From positions 1,289,843-1,353,842 of the forward strand of contig CAWINF010000001.1 in the NCBI GenBank assembly GCA_963837495.1: 64,000 bases of DNA, written 5' to 3'. The DNA is from an uncultured Acidobacteriota bacterium (lineage in GTDB: Bacteria > Acidobacteriota > Thermoanaerobaculia > UBA5066 > Gp7-AA6). The position numbers and the translations under genes are program-made. Below the pieces are notes generated by a model, which searched no databases, had not been told where the DNA came from, and saw nothing but the letters and a program-made list of their open reading frames with translations. Positions 18,304 to 25,844 of this stretch are shown piece by piece. Each line of letters begins with the position of its first letter. Position 1 is the stretch's first letter.

Positions 18304-18699
18304 ATGGTTGGTGCGGCGACCGTCTCACTCTTGCTCACCGCATGCGCCATTCCCCGTGACTCACGGACGCAGGCCGAGAAGGACCGCGACGCCGGGATCT
18401 GGACGCAGGCGCTGTCTCTGCAGGTCGTGGTTGCTCCAGATCAGCTCACCGAGTGCAAGCAACTTGGCGTCGTAAGCGAGCAATATTATGAGGACGTTCC
18501 ATCCGATCCGATGAAGAGATCCGTAAGGATGGCCTGGCCGGAGCGCATGCTCCGGTTCAAGACGGCCCAGCTCGGCGGAAACGCGGCGCTGATGAACTCC
18601 CCCATCGAGAAATGGAAGCAGGATCAGCTCATCCAATCGCGGGTGCTTGGCGAAGCGTTGCGCTGTGGCCAACCGGCCTCGACGATCGCGACCCGGTAG
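18304..18699 (+). CDS. Putative small lipoprotein
   Basis: The N-terminus 'MVGAATVSLLLTAC' carries a lipobox (L-T-A-C). The ORF in the track extends upstream, but an internal ATG at 18304 gives the signal peptide. Confidence 0.45.
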   Translation: MVGAATVSLLLTACAIPRDSRTQAEKDRDAGIWTQALSLQVVVAPDQLTECKQLGVVSEQYYEDVPSDPMKRSVRMAWPERMLRFKTAQLGGNAALMNSPIEKWKQDQLIQSRVLGEALRCGQPASTIATR

Positions 18700-19017
18700 C
18701 AGGCAACACCGCCATGAAGCGGCCGGGTTCCCCCGAGAGTGCGTTGGAATCGGACGCGGCCGGATCCGCGGGGAGGAGATCCTCGGCCCCGCCCGTGGCG
18801 CCGCGGCCTGCCCTGACGTACGCCAGGAAGTCGCCCATCTCATCATCCTCGAAGGCCTCCGCGCTTTCGAGCCTCTTCTTTTGGTGACAGAATTCGACGT
18901 GTGAGGCCGACGAGGTGGCCACGGGCGATATGGGGGCTTCCCAGGCACTGCTTTCTCATTTGTAGAGGAGTCGATCCCATCGGGTAAGGTGGCCGGCGGA
19001 GGCAGCCGCCGCGTGCG

Positions 19018-20796
19018 ATGAAGCAGCAAGATCTCGATCCGCGGCTTGTCCTCGATCAGGTGCCGGCGTTGCTCTTCAGCGGACGTCCGGACGGCTACAT
19101 CGACTACGTCAACCAGCGATGGCTCGATGAGATCGGCGCACCGCTCGAGGCGGTCGAGGGCAGGGGCTGGATGAACTTCATCCACCCCGACGATCTGGAG
19201 GAGCACCTGCGAATCTGGGAGGCCGCGCTCGCGAGCGGCGACCCGGCGATATCCGAGGCTCGCGTCCGCCGCGCCGACGGCGAGTATCGGTGGATGCTTT
19301 TCCGGACGCTGCCGCTGCGCGACGAGCTCGGCCGGATCGTTCGGTGGTTCGGCTCGAGCGTCGACATCGAGGAATCCAGGCGCGCTCGCGAGGCGATCCA
19401 GAACGCCGAGCGGGACCTCCGGACGATTCTCGAGACGATCCCCGCCCTCGTCTGGACGGCCCTGCCCGACGGCGCGATCGACTTCGCAACCCAAAGCTCG
19501 TTCGAGCGGATGGGCCAGCCTCCGGAAGAAGTCCTCGGCTGGGGATGGTCGAACTCGGTTCATCCTGAGGACCGCGATCGCGCCGTTCGAGACTGGAGAG
19601 AGGCGGTCGCCGCCGGCCGTCTCTTCGAAGAAGAGATCCGACTTCCCGGCCCGCAAGGGAATCATCGATGGTTCCTGGCTCGGGCGGTTCCGCTCCGCGA
19701 CGACGCCGGCGCGGTCCTCCACTGGTACGGGACGCTCACGGACATCCACGACCGCAAGTGCGCGGAACAGGAGCTGCACGACCTCAAGGAGCAGCTCCGA
19801 AAAGAGAACATCGCCTTGCGGGACGAGATCACCCAGACTTCGATGTTCGAGGAGATCGTCGGCTCCTCCGAGCCGCTGCGGCGGGTTCTGGCGCTCGTCG
19901 GGAAGGTGGCGCCGACCGATTCGACGGTGCTGATCACGGGGGAAACGGGCACCGGCAAGGAGCTCGTCGCCCGAGCCATCCACAAGCGATCGCCGCGCGC
20001 GGCCGGACCCTTCGTGTCGGTCAACTGCGGCGCCATCCCGCAGTCGCTGATCAACTCGGAGCTGTTCGGACACGAGAAGGGAGCCTTCACGGGGGCCATG
20101 CAGCGCCACCTGGGCCGGTTCGAGCTGGCGCACCGCGGCACCGTCTTCCTCGACGAAGTGGGCGATCTGCCCTCGGAGACGCAGATCGCCCTCCTCCGGG
20201 TGCTTCAGGAGCGGTCGTTCGAACGCGTCGGCGGCAACCGGCCGGTCCCGGTCGACGTGCGCGTGATCTCCGCGACGAATCGCGACCTCGACGGCGCGAT
20301 GGCCGAGGGGGGATTCCGGCGGGACCTCTACTACCGCTTGAGCGTCTTCCCGATCCATGTGCCGCCATTGCGCGAGCGCGCCGAAGACGTCCCCCTGCTC
20401 GTCCAGTACCTGACGCAGAGGTACGCGGCGAAACTGGGCAAGAAGATTACGAGCGTCGGCCGCCGGACGATCGAGCTGCTCAACGCGTACGACTGGCCCG
20501 GCAACGTCCGGGAGCTGCAGAACGTCATCCAGCGGGCCGTGATCCTCTCCGAGGGCACGCTCGAGATCGAAGACAAGTGGCTGGAAAGAGGTTCGGCCCC
20601 GCGGACGAAAAACGCGCGCCTGGGCCGTCCGAACAGCCGGGAAGAGAAGGAGTGGATCGAGAAGGCGCTGGCGGACGCGCGCGGCCGCGTCTCCGGGAAA
20701 GACGGCGCCGCAGCAACGCTCGGAATTCCGCGCTCCACGCTCGAGTCGAAGATCCGTTCGCTCAAGATCGACAAATACCGCTTCCGGGCTCAATAG
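19018..20796 (+). CDS. Sigma-54-dependent Fis-family transcriptional activator (bEBP) with two N-terminal PAS domains
   Basis: Two PAS signatures ('DGEYRWMLFRTLPLRDELGRIVRWFGS', 'GNHRWFLARAVPLRDDAGAVLHWYGT') precede the AAA+ domain. The AAA+ domain has 'GETGTGKE', 'GAFTGA' and 'ESELFGHEKGAFTGA'. The C-terminal Fis-type HTH has 'AAATLGIPRSTLESKIRSL'. Confidence 0.92.
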   Translation: MKQQDLDPRLVLDQVPALLFSGRPDGYIDYVNQRWLDEIGAPLEAVEGRGWMNFIHPDDLEEHLRIWEAALASGDPAISEARVRRADGEYRWMLFRTLPLRDELGRIVRWFGSSVDIEESRRAREAIQNAERDLRTILETIPALVWTALPDGAIDFATQSSFERMGQPPEEVLGWGWSNSVHPEDRDRAVRDWREAVAAGRLFEEEIRLPGPQGNHRWFLARAVPLRDDAGAVLHWYGTLTDIHDRKCAEQELHDLKEQLRKENIALRDEITQTSMFEEIVGSSEPLRRVLALVGKVAPTDSTVLITGETGTGKELVARAIHKRSPRAAGPFVSVNCGAIPQSLINSELFGHEKGAFTGAMQRHLGRFELAHRGTVFLDEVGDLPSETQIALLRVLQERSFERVGGNRPVPVDVRVISATNRDLDGAMAEGGFRRDLYYRLSVFPIHVPPLRERAEDVPLLVQYLTQRYAAKLGKKITSVGRRTIELLNAYDWPGNVRELQNVIQRAVILSEGTLEIEDKWLERGSAPRTKNARLGRPNSREEKEWIEKALADARGRVSGKDGAAATLGIPRSTLESKIRSLKIDKYRFRAQ

Positions 20797-21040
20797 CCCG
20801 GCGCTGACGAACGCCGCTGGCGAGACTCGACACTTGCCGAGATTCGCCAACGCCCGCCGCCGCTAACTCCTTCCTCCTCAGTGATCGGACTGTGGCACTC
20901 CGGTTGCGTCTTGGGAGAGCCGATGGTGCTCAAGATCGAAGCCGTGCAAAGCGACTCGCACACGACCGTCATGCTCATCGGAAGGATCACCTCGCCGGAC
21001 GTGCAGCGGTTGAAGGAGCAGATCGCGGAATCGCCATGGC
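20797..21040 (+). repeat. Direct repeat copy A (~240 bp, about 85% identical to 28466..28755)
   Basis: It starts right after the stop of the upstream gene with a conserved hairpin (GCGCTGACGAACGCC core). It also holds the UAS palindrome, the sigma-54 promoter and the first ~45 codons of a short ORF. The same order appears in copy C. Confidence 0.75.
20826..20907 (+). promoter_or_regulatory. Sigma-54 promoter (TGGCAC-tccgg-TTGC, GG 20894-95 / GC 20906-07) with a putative bEBP UAS palindrome (ctcgac-N4-gccgag, 20826-20841) about 60 bp upstream
   Basis: This is a near-perfect -24/-12 element with the canonical 12-nt GG-to-GC spacing. The upstream inverted repeat is conserved in two further copies at 22333 and 28531, at the same distance. 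Confidence 0.65.
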
Positions 21041-21198
21041 CCGTCGCCCTCGACCTCCAGCAAGTACGGCTCGTCGATCTCGACGCGGTGCGCTTTCTGG
21101 CGGCGGCCGAACGAAGAGGAATCGAGCTCCGAAATCTTGCGCCTTACGTCCGCGAGTGGGTCCTCCTGGAACGACGGAGGCTAGGCGATCTGGAGTGA
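20923..21198 (+). CDS. Small protein of uncertain family, possibly STAS-like, driven by the sigma-54 promoter
   Basis: The protein is 91 aa and starts 'MVLKIEAVQSD...'. Any STAS-like (anti-sigma-factor antagonist-like) resemblance in the C-terminal part is tentative and needs an HMM search. The start lies only a few nt after the predicted transcription start, so the leader is very short. Confidence 0.45.
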   Translation: MVLKIEAVQSDSHTTVMLIGRITSPDVQRLKEQIAESPWPVALDLQQVRLVDLDAVRFLAAAERRGIELRNLAPYVREWVLLERRRLGDLE

Positions 21199-21346
21199 TG
21201 ACGCGCGACCGGAATTTCTCACGTCTTCCGAGCAATCTGCAGAGTGAACGTGCCGCAAAAGGCGCCGCTCTCGCATCTTCGGCGTCTGGCTCCAGGGGAT
21301 CTGGCGTCCATCGCCCCACATCGACCATCCATAGGAGAACCCCTCA

Positions 21347-22108
21347 ATGTCAAGAGTCGTGATCCTCGGCGCAACTGGTTCCCTGGGAAGGCATGTCGTT
21401 CAACAAGCCATATCCGCCAGGCATGATGTTGCAGTCGTTGTCCGTACACCCTCGAAGCTGACCGCGGAGGTACTCGACAGGGTGTCAGTCCACCAGTGCG
21501 ACCTGAGTTCGGTTTCGATTGGCGATCTGACCGCCGTGCTTGGCGGTCACGATGCAGTCATCAACACCGCCGGTCTTGTCACCGAAGGTCAGGCATTCGT
21601 CAACCTCGTTGATCGGCTTGTCACCAGTCTCGAGGCAGTATCAACTTCCGATCGCCCCGCTTGCTGGTTCCTTGCAGGTGCGGGGCTACTGGATATCGAC
21701 GCTTCGGGCCGGAGAGGAGTCGACCTCCCTCGCATCAGCTCCACTTACTGGCCGCATCGCGTGAATTTCGAACGCATCCGCAGTTCGGATCTGGATTGGC
21801 GGCTGCTCTGTCCCGGGCCGATGGTTGAACAGCCTCCCCTTGGCCTGGCCGAACTCAGGATTTCTCTGGAACGACTGCCCGTTCAAGTACCTGCTTTTGG
21901 CCGAGCCCTGCCAGGCGCCTTGTTCTTGCCGGTGTTCGCGTACCTCGTTCCGGAGATGATCATCTCCTACGCCGACGCCGCTGCTCTGATGCTCGCAAAC
22001 TTGACCAGGGAAGGCGAAATGTCCCACCACAGGGTTGGCCTCGCGCTGCCGCTGGGCATGCGAGGCCAAAAGGGCCAATGGGCAGCCCGGCCAAAGAACC
22101 CGGCCTGA
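21347..22108 (+). CDS. NAD(P)-binding atypical SDR / NmrA-like family protein
   Basis: The N-terminal Rossmann motif is 'VVILGATGSLGRHVV'. GC is visibly lower (about 56-58%) than in neighbouring genes. A GGAGAA RBS sits upstream. Confidence 0.7.
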   Translation: MSRVVILGATGSLGRHVVQQAISARHDVAVVVRTPSKLTAEVLDRVSVHQCDLSSVSIGDLTAVLGGHDAVINTAGLVTEGQAFVNLVDRLVTSLEAVSTSDRPACWFLAGAGLLDIDASGRRGVDLPRISSTYWPHRVNFERIRSSDLDWRLLCPGPMVEQPPLGLAELRISLERLPVQVPAFGRALPGALFLPVFAYLVPEMIISYADAAALMLANLTREGEMSHHRVGLALPLGMRGQKGQWAARPKNPA

Positions 22109-22332
22109 CCCTTCCTTCGAGACGGACGCTTCGCGATAGTCGCTGGTTCGCCGACCGTGTCGGCGCCGAAGCGTGACTTGAGGAATCCTGCCGCCTGCCC
22201 CTCCGGACAACGGTGACGATTCGTTTCAGGCTCCGAATCCCGAACGACCAGGGAGTGCACCGTCTTACTCCCCCATTCCGGGAAACAACGGAGAGACCCG
22301 GCTCCCGGCTCAGACGAATCGGCGTGTCGAAA

Positions 22333-22413
22333 CTCACCATTTGTCGAGCTTCGCCACGCCACCGATCCTATAAACGTCACGAAATCAACTACTTGGGTGT
22401 GGCACTCCGATTG
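22333..22413 (+). promoter_or_regulatory. Sigma-54 promoter (TGGCAC-tccga-TTGC, 22399-22413) with the conserved UAS-like palindrome (ctcacc-N4-gtcgag, 22333-22348) in an AT-rich region
   Basis: The UAS block 'aaactcaccatttgtcgagcttcgccacg' and its ~60 bp spacing to the -24 element match copies A and C. A 57-nt leader with AAAAGGAGAA RBS precedes ATG 22483. Confidence 0.65.
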
Positions 22414-22482
22414 CCACTTAACGGTGACGAACGCGTTCGAAGAGTAACGAAATCAGAAACGAAACCAAAAGGAGAAACGAAC

Positions 22483-23202
22483 ATGGAACGGATGTTAGTA
22501 GTTGTTTTCGACAACGAGAAGAAGGCCTACGAAGGCAAAAAGGCCCTTGGGGAGCTGCAGGCGGAAGGCAACCTCACGGTTTATCAGGGAGCGGTGATCC
22601 TGAAGCACGCGGACGGCTCAGTCAGCGTGAAGCAGATCGACGACACCGCGCCCGTCAACACGCTCACCGGAACGGCGGTCGGCGCCCTCATCGGAGTGCT
22701 GGGCGGACCGGTGGGAATGGCCCTCGGCGCCGCCTCCGGCGCGGGGATCGGCGTGCTCTACGACGCCGACACCCTCCAGGTCGGCGAGGATTTCGTCGAA
22801 GACGTCTCGAAGTCGCTCGCGCCGAACAAAGTCGCGGTGGTCGCGGAAGTCGACGAAGCGTGGACGACCCCGGTGGACACCCGGATGGAGGCCCTCGGTG
22901 GGACCGTCTTCCGCCGTGCGCTGTGGGCGGTGCAGGAGCAGGTCCGCCGCGAGGAGATCGACGCGATGAAGGCGGACCTCGCCGAGTTCAAGAGCGAGGT
23001 CTCGAAGGCCAACGCGGAACGCAAGGCTAAGCTCCAGAAGAAGATCGACCAGCTCGAGGCAAAGATCGACGCTCAGCAGAAGAAGACGATCGAGCGGCGT
23101 GAAGGGTTCGAGGCGCGGCAGAAGGCGAAGGCGGCGATTCTCAAGAAGAACGTCGCGGCCGCCGGCCAGGCGCTCAAGAACCTGGCGAACACACCTGTCT
23201 GA
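22483..23202 (+). CDS. DUF1269 family membrane protein (general stress-type) with a C-terminal coiled-coil
   Basis: The N-terminus 'MLVVVFDNEKKAYEGKKALGELQAEGNLTVYQGAVILKHADGSVSVKQ' fits the DUF1269 pattern. A glycine-zipper helix 'GTAVGALIGVLGGPVGMALGAASGAGIG' follows. The C-terminal tail is K/E/Q-rich. Confidence 0.6.
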   Translation: MERMLVVVFDNEKKAYEGKKALGELQAEGNLTVYQGAVILKHADGSVSVKQIDDTAPVNTLTGTAVGALIGVLGGPVGMALGAASGAGIGVLYDADTLQVGEDFVEDVSKSLAPNKVAVVAEVDEAWTTPVDTRMEALGGTVFRRALWAVQEQVRREEIDAMKADLAEFKSEVSKANAERKAKLQKKIDQLEAKIDAQQKKTIERREGFEARQKAKAAILKKNVAAAGQALKNLANTPV

Positions 23203-23254
23203 CGCAACTAATTAATTCTGATGCAACTCAATTAATAAGGAGGAGGAATTCGAA

Positions 23255-23830
23255 ATGGCTACCGTCACTCTCTCTCAGGAAGTCTCAAAGCGCGCCGGCT
23301 GGAGCGTCTTCATGGGTATCCTCACCGCGGCCGTGGGCGTGGTGATGATCGTTTACCCGCTGGCGACCGCCGCCGCTTCCACGGTGTTCGTCGGATCGGC
23401 GCTCATCGTGGCCGGGATCGCGCAGACGATCTTCGCCTTCGCGTCGGGGTCGGCAGGCAAGTTCTTTCTGAACATCCTGCTCGGCATTCTCTATGGCGTC
23501 GCCGGGATTTCCCTGGTGGCGTCTCCCGGCATCAGCCTCGTGACGCTCACTGCCGTGCTCGGCGTGATGCTCATCTCCGAGGCCATTTCCGAAACGTTCA
23601 TGGCCTTCGCGCTGCCTGCGGGCGCCGGACGAGGCGGGTTCCTGGTCAACGCGCTGTTCAGCCTGCTTCTGGGCGTGATGATTCTCGCGCAATGGCCGGT
23701 CAGCTCGGTCTGGGCGATCGGCACGATGGTCGGCGTCGCCGTCCTCGTCAACGGAATCACCCGCGCGGTGATCTCCGGGCAGATCCGCAGCGACGTCCGG
23801 GCGCTCGGCAGGTCCGCAGCGGCGGCCTAG
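23255..23830 (+). CDS. HdeD-family (DUF308) acid-resistance membrane protein
   Basis: The protein has six TM helices with the HdeD-like pattern 'WSVFMGILTAAVGVVMIVYP...LLGILYGVAGISLV'. It is probably co-transcribed with the DUF1269 gene. Confidence 0.6.
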   Translation: MATVTLSQEVSKRAGWSVFMGILTAAVGVVMIVYPLATAAASTVFVGSALIVAGIAQTIFAFASGSAGKFFLNILLGILYGVAGISLVASPGISLVTLTAVLGVMLISEAISETFMAFALPAGAGRGGFLVNALFSLLLGVMILAQWPVSSVWAIGTMVGVAVLVNGITRAVISGQIRSDVRALGRSAAAA

Positions 23831-23934
23831 CGTCTGCGTGGCCGGATGGAAATCATCGACGAGGGCCGCGATTCCGCGGCCCTCATTTTTTTCCCGGGCC
23901 GGTCCGAAAGTAACATCCAAAGAAAGGAGTCGGC

Positions 23935-24939
23935 GTGATGCAGATCGAGCGCTTGACAGTCGAATCGCCGTCGGAACCCTTTCCGATCTACGCCGATCCG
24001 ATCGGACATCTTCTCCGCGCGCATGGCGCAGACACGGCGGACCGCGACGCGACCGTCGCGCACGTGCTCGGGGTCCTCTCGGGTTATGCCTATTCCGACA
24101 CCGCGACCGTCGCCATGATGGCCGGCCGGCTCGGAATGGCGGGGAGCGCCTGCGTCCAGATCGCCCAGGCGGTGGACGCCATGACGATTTTCTCGACCGG
24201 GTACCTTCTTCAAAGCCGCTGCGGACGCGCCGTCATCCTCTGCTACCGGGGCACGGAGCCGGCGAACCTCGGCAACTGGCTCGGCGATGCCGACGTCGGC
24301 TCCCACACAATCGACGTTGGGGGCGGCCGACTGGCCGTCCACTCCGGTTTCGACCGCAACGTGAGCGCGACACGGTGGCCGATCCTCGAACTGCTGCAGG
24401 CCGCGGCGCGAGGAGAATCGATCGCTTGCCCGGGCGCCCGGGTCGATCACCCTCTGGAGGCGCTGTATGTAGCGGGACACAGCCTGGGCGGAGCGATGGC
24501 GGTCCTCTTCGCATTGCGTCTGGCCGGCAGCGAAGACGGCCGGGGCCTGGACGGACGGTTGCGAGCGATCTACACGTTCGGTCAGCCGCTCGTGACGGGC
24601 GGGCCGCTCCCCGAGCGCGCTCTGGCGGTCGCACGGAGACTGTTCCGGCACGTCCACGCACGCGACGTCGTTCCGTCGCTGCCGCCCGCCGCGTGGGGCG
24701 CTCTCGAGCACTTCGGACACGAGTTCCACTATGCGAACGGAGAGTGGCGCCGGCGCGATCCGGCGGCGCAGCTCTCGAATCTCCGCGACCTCTCGAGATC
24801 CGTGCTGGCCGTGCTCGCGCCGGCCAGGAAGCGCGACAAATCCGCGTACACGATCGCGGACCACGGACCGCATCACTACATCGCCGCGCTCCGTCCGGCG
24901 GGAAGAGTCACGGAGTTCGGCGACAGGATTCACCCGTGA
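23935..24939 (+). CDS. Class 3 lipase (Lipase_3, alpha/beta hydrolase) with no signal peptide
   Basis: The nucleophile elbow is 'GHSLGGA'. The upstream 'ILCYRGTEP...NWLGD' and downstream Asp/His regions are typical of fungal-type class-3 lipases. The N-terminus 'MMQIERLTVESPSEPF' is not signal-like. Confidence 0.85.
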   Translation: MMQIERLTVESPSEPFPIYADPIGHLLRAHGADTADRDATVAHVLGVLSGYAYSDTATVAMMAGRLGMAGSACVQIAQAVDAMTIFSTGYLLQSRCGRAVILCYRGTEPANLGNWLGDADVGSHTIDVGGGRLAVHSGFDRNVSATRWPILELLQAAARGESIACPGARVDHPLEALYVAGHSLGGAMAVLFALRLAGSEDGRGLDGRLRAIYTFGQPLVTGGPLPERALAVARRLFRHVHARDVVPSLPPAAWGALEHFGHEFHYANGEWRRRDPAAQLSNLRDLSRSVLAVLAPARKRDKSAYTIADHGPHHYIAALRPAGRVTEFGDRIHP

Positions 24940-25844
24940 TGTTTCGCCTGGCTCACATCTCCGACCTGCACGTCCTCTCGCCCGAAGGCGTGCACTGGCG
25001 CGAGATGCTCTTCAACAAGCGCGTGACCGGGTGGGCAAACACGAGGCTGCGGCGCGGGCGCGTGTTTCGCCGCCGCCATCTCGAGGCGGTCCTCGACGCC
25101 GCGTCGCGGGCCGATCATGTCGTCATCACCGGCGACGTCACAAACCTGGCCCTCGACGGCGAATATCGCGAGGCCGCGCGGCTCCTCGACCGCCGTGCCG
25201 GCGCCGCGGAAGTCACCATCGTTCCCGGCAACCACGATCTCTATCTGCCGTCGATCCGCCGGGAACGCAGGTTCCAACACTATTTGGGCCCGTTCGTCCG
25301 GAGTGACCTTCCGGAGCTCGGTGTCGAGGTGGCGGCAGGCGCGTACCCGTTCGTCAAACTCCGGGGGCCGGCGGCGATCATCGGGCTCTCGAGCGCCGTT
25401 CCGCGTCCTCCGTTCATCGCCGCCGGCTACCTCGGTCATGAACAGATCGCGGCCCTGAAAGCCGTCCTCGCCCACCCGGAAGTCGCGAAACGAGTCCCGG
25501 TGATCCTGGTTCACCACCCACCGTTGGACTCGCGCCATCGCCTTCTGCAGCTTCGGGACGGGCTGACCGACGCTGCTTCCCTCCGGGACGTTCTCGCCAC
25601 GGTCCCGCGTGGACTCGTGCTGTTCGGCCATCTCCACGTTCGCGTCCGCTGCCGTTTCGGCGCTCTCGAAGTCGTGTGCGCAAGCGGCGCGGCGCTGGAG
25701 CACCCGAACGATTCGGTCCGCGCCGGCTACAACTTGTACGAGCTCGAGGACGCAGACGTGGTCAGGATTGAAGCACACGTTCTCGATTCGGCGAACGGCT
25801 CGCTTCGCCGGATCGAGATCCCGATGCGGCCGACCTGTTTATGA
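24939..25844 (+). CDS. Calcineurin-like metallophosphoesterase
   Basis: Metal-binding motifs are present: 'ISDLHV', 'ITGDVTN', 'GNHD', 'VHHPP' and 'GHLHV'. The start ATG overlaps the lipase stop (TGATG). Confidence 0.85.
   Translation: MFRLAHISDLHVLSPEGVHWREMLFNKRVTGWANTRLRRGRVFRRRHLEAVLDAASRADHVVITGDVTNLALDGEYREAARLLDRRAGAAEVTIVPGNHDLYLPSIRRERRFQHYLGPFVRSDLPELGVEVAAGAYPFVKLRGPAAIIGLSSAVPRPPFIAAGYLGHEQIAALKAVLAHPEVAKRVPVILVHHPPLDSRHRLLQLRDGLTDAASLRDVLATVPRGLVLFGHLHVRVRCRFGALEVVCASGAALEHPNDSVRAGYNLYELEDADVVRIEAHVLDSANGSLRRIEIPMRPTCL

Noticed and set aside
20881-20922. Upstream extension of the 20923 ORF (track start 20881, 'MIGLWHSGCVLGEP')
   Set aside because: The extension covers the sigma-54 -24/-12 elements themselves. 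The ORF alignment begins at MVLKIE (20923), and the same holds for the 28586 copy.
23838-25844. A 668-aa ORF spanning the lipase and phosphoesterase region
   Set aside because: Only its last 302 codons (from MFRLAHISDLHV at 24939) encode the metallophosphoesterase. The upstream part overlaps the lipase gene in another frame and is Arg-rich junk.
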